The notes under the pieces were generated by a model, which was not told where the DNA came from, did no database searches, and worked only from the letters and a program-made list of their open reading frames with translations. A stretch of 64,000 nucleotides of DNA from the human T2T-CHM13v2.0 reference genome, Homo sapiens: the NCBI RefSeq assembly GCF_009914755.1, contig NC_060935.1. One strand, 5' to 3'. Shown piece by piece: positions 60,039 to 64,000 of the stretch (its first letter is position 1; each line of letters opens with the position of its first letter). The position numbers and the translations under genes are program-made.

Positions 60039-60910
60039 AGAGTTGTCTTGAGAGTCAAAGAGTTCTCTTGAGGATGACAGATGGAATCAAGGCTAAGGCT
60101 GGAGCTGAAGGAAGTGGAGACTTAGAGAAGCCGTTGTAGTGAATTCAACCCACAGATGAGGCTGATTAAAAGGCCTGCTGAGCAGCCGCCATGGTCCAGG
60201 CAAGTGAGAGAGTAGCTAGAGTGAGCATGGAGGATCTTATCCTTATGGTTTTGATTAGCCCCAAACATTTCCATTTCTGCCCCTGTATCTATTGTCCTCC
60301 CAACTAGAGGGTGTTGAGGATAAGAAAGAATGGAGAAAATGACCCATTGAGAGTCAACGACTGTCCAGAAACTAGTTTGACAGACCCACGAGAACAGATG
60401 GCAGAAAAGTAAACATTTCCATTCCAGGCCGCTCTGTGTATGTAGAGGCAGGAAACTGCGAAGTGGATTTTGCCAAAACTCTCTTTTCTACTAAATCAAT
60501 CCAGCTGTGTGGCTGGAATGCCTCATTTTTCATTTTTCCTGAGGCACTGTCTTTTCTAAATCTTCTCCATTCTTGATTTTCTAACAATGTCTAGCTATAG
60601 CAAGGTATTACTTCCCACTTTAAGTAAATGCCCTCGTTTTCTCTCATTTTTACCACCAAAATATTCAATTTCTTAGTGTGTCCATGGGACTCTTTCTGTA
60701 TCTCCACACCAGAACTATTCTCCTTACACATTCCCCCGCTATTTCCTTTCCCTCACTGGCTGCTTCCTGTTTGCCTACATGGTTTCTCTAGTAAAACAAA
60801 ATAAAACCAAACAACAGACTTCTTTCTACCCTATTAATCACTTGAGTTACCATCCTGTTTCCTTTCCCTCACTGTCAAACTTCTTGGAAGCCCAGTCAAG
60901 TGCCTCTACT

Positions 60911-63185
60911 CCTTCAAACCACACACCCGCTCCTCCTCACACCACACACCTACTACTCACACCACACACCTGCTCTTCCTCACACTACACACCCAATCCT
61001 CACACCACACACCTGCTCCTCTTCACACCACACACCCACTCCTCACACCACTCACTCCTCACACCACACATCCACTCCTCACACCACACAACCGCTCCTC
61101 ACACCACAAACCCGCTCCTTCTCACACCACACACCGGCTCTTTCTCACACCACACACCTGCTTCTCCTCACACCACACACCCACTCCTCACACCACAAAC
61201 CTGCTCCTCCTCACACTACACACCCATTCCTCACACCACACACCTGCTCCTCACACCACGCACCCACTCCTCACACCACACACCCACTCCTCACACCACG
61301 CACCCACTCCTCACACCACACACCCACTCCTCACACCACACACCCTCCTCACACCGCACACCCTCCTCACACCACACACCCAATCCTCACACCACACACC
61401 CACTCCTCACACCACACACCCACTCCTCACACCACGCACCCACTCCTCACACCACACACCCACTCCTCACACCACACACCCTCCTCACACCGCACACCCA
61501 TCCTCACACCACGCACCCACTCCTCACACCACACACCCACTCCTCACACCGCACACCTGCTCCTCTTCACACCACACACCCACTCCTCACACCACACACC
61601 CGCTCATCCTCACACCACACACCTGATCCTCCTCACACCACACACCCACTCCTCACACCACACACCTGCTCCTCCTCACACTACACACCCATTCCTCACA
61701 CCACACACCTGCTCCTCTTCACAGCACACACCGACTCCTCACACCACACACCTGCTCCTCCTCACACCACACACCCACTCCTCACACCACACACCCGCTC
61801 CTCACACCACACACCCACTCCTCACACCACACACCCGCTCCTCACACCACGCACCCACTCCTCACACCGCACACCTGCTCCTCTTCACACCACACACCCA
61901 CTCCTCACACCACACACCCGCTCCTCACACCACGCACCCACTCCTCACACCACACACCTGCTCCTCCTCACACCACACACCCACTCCTCACACCACACAC
62001 CTGCTCCTCCTCACACCACACACCCAATCCTCACACCACACACCTGCTCCTCCTCACATCACACACCCACTCCTCACACCACACAACTGCTCCTCCTCAC
62101 ACTACACACCCACTCCTCATGGGACACACCACTCCTCACACCACACACCCTCCTCACACCGCACACCCATCCTCACACCACGCACCCACTCCTCACACCA
62201 CACACCCACTCCTCACACCGCACACCTGCTCCTCTTCACACCACACACCCACTCCTCACACCACACACCTGCTCATCCTCACACCACACACCTGATCCTC
62301 CTCACACCACACACCCACTCCTCACACCACACACCTGCTCCTCCTCACACTACACACCCATTCCTCACACCACACACCTGCTCCTCTTCACAGCACACAC
62401 CGACTCCTCACACCACACACCTGCTCCTCCTCACACCACACACCCACTCCTCACACCACACACCCGCTCCTCACACCACACACCCACTCCTCACACCACA
62501 CACCCGCTCCTCACACCACGCACCCACTCCTCACACCGCACACCTGCTCCTCTTCACACCACACACCCACTCCTCACACCGCACACCTGCTCCTCTTCAC
62601 ACCACGCACCCACTCCTCACACCACACACCTGCTCCTCCTCACACCACACACCCACTCCTCACACCACACACCTGCTCCTCCTCACACCACACACCCAAT
62701 CCTCACACCACACACCTGCTCCTCCTCACATCACACACCCACTCCTCACACCACACACCTGCTCCTCCTCACACTACACACCCACTCCTCATGGGACACA
62801 CCACTCCTCACACCACATACTCACTCCTCACACCACACACCTCCTCTTCACACCATACACCCACTCCTCACACCACACACCCACTCCTCACACCACATAC
62901 CTGCTCCTCTTTAAACCACACACCTCACTTCTCACACCACACACCTGCACCTCACACCACTCACTCCTCACATCACACACCTGCTCTTCTTCACACCATA
63001 CCCCGCTCCTCCTCACACCACACACCCACTCTTTCTCACACCACACACCCACTCTTTCTCACACCACACACCTGCTTCTCCTCACACCACACACCCACTC
63101 CTTCTCACACCACACACCCACTCTTTCTCACACCACACACCTGCTTCTCCTCACACCACACACCTGCTCCTCACACCACACATCT
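60911..63185. repeat. Minisatellite/VNTR with 20-23 bp units (CCACTCCTCACACCACACAC / CTGCTCCTCCTCACACCACACAC)
   Basis: About 2.3 kb of continuous variant repeats, roughly 100 units estimated from length. Confidence 0.97.
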
Positions 63186-63407
63186 GGCTCCCATCCCCCT
63201 TGGAGCCCAACCAGCTGTCACCCACATACGCCTGTTGGAGTCTGTGAGAATTCATCTCAATAAACTGTCTCACATCTATATAGTCCCCACTAGATTCTGT
63301 TCTCACTCCTCTTGATCAATGGTTCTCAACCTGAATTTATTTTTTAACCTAAAATATCAGAAAGACACCACATATGCCCTTTGGTGACATTGGCTTGTCA
63401 GGGGCAG

Positions 63408-63895
63408 TGGATTAGTTTTCCGCAGCTGCTGTAACATATAACCACACGTCCAATGGCTCAAAACAAGATAAATTCATTGCCTTACGATTCTGCAGGTCAG
63501 AAGTCTGGTATGGGTCTCACTGGGCTAAAATCAATATGTTAGCAGTGCTGTGTTCCTTCTGGGAGCTATAGAGGAGAATCAGTTTCTGTGTTGTTTCCAG
63601 CTTCTAGAGGCTATTGCATCCCTTGGCCTGTATTTCCACCTCTGCCATCTTCAAAACCAGCAATATCACTTCTCTCTAACCCTTATTCCATCTTCTTGTC
63701 TCTCCCTGATCACAGTTGGGGGAGGGTCTCCACTTGTGAGGACTCAGATGATTTGATTGGACCCACTGAGATAATGCTAATCTCCCATTTCAAGGTCCTT
63801 AACCCAAATCACAACTGTGAAACCTCTTTTGCCATGTAAGCTAACATGTTCACGGGTCAGGATGTGGGCATTTTTGGGACCATTGATCTTTCTGT
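63408..63895 (-). mobile_element. MLT1 (MLT1D-like) LTR
   Basis: attagttttccgcagctgctgtaaca...ggtcagaagtctggtatgggtctcactgggctaaaatcaa...gccatgtaagctaaca. Confidence 0.82.
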
Positions 63896-64000
63896 TACAG
63901 GCAATAATTCTCAATGAGAAGAGATGGAGGTAGTCAGTAAATGTGTAGACTGACTGCACAGGGAAGGGCACTTCAGGATCTGTGGTCTGCATGTGATTTG

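Noticed and set aside
60911-63185. CRISPR-like array
   Set aside because: No unique spacers; contiguous variant tandem units in a eukaryotic locus
60779-63315. Long His/Thr/Pro-rich ORFs (711, 787 and 174 aa)
   Set aside because: They are stop-free only because the C/A-rich VNTR rarely forms TAA/TAG/TGA on +; overlapping frames give equally repetitive peptides; no promoter or splice support

Overview
Human/primate genomic DNA from the matrix metalloproteinase cluster (chr11q22 by gene content). Two complete 10-exon genes lie on the minus strand: MMP27 (CDS 35881->21935, 513 aa) and MMP8/neutrophil collagenase (CDS 55016->43518, 467 aa). I rebuilt both by hand: every intron is GT-AG, splice phases are consistent and both frames are intact. 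The rest is transposon-derived sequence (two old L1s at 1-6890, about 22 Alus, MaLR/ERV LTRs, Tigger3, MER DNA elements, MIR/L2) plus a ~2.3 kb C/A-rich VNTR about 6 kb upstream of MMP8. Repeat subfamily names come from memory of consensus sequences, not from a search. I see no evidence of a wholly new gene system. The best leads are the VNTR as a dense array of RUNX/T-box/SRE-like cores with a ~670 bp higher-order duplication, a 91/88-nt cassette exon giving signal-less MMP8, an LTR-donated poly(A) signal in the MMP8 3'UTR, and several unexplained direct and inverted duplications.
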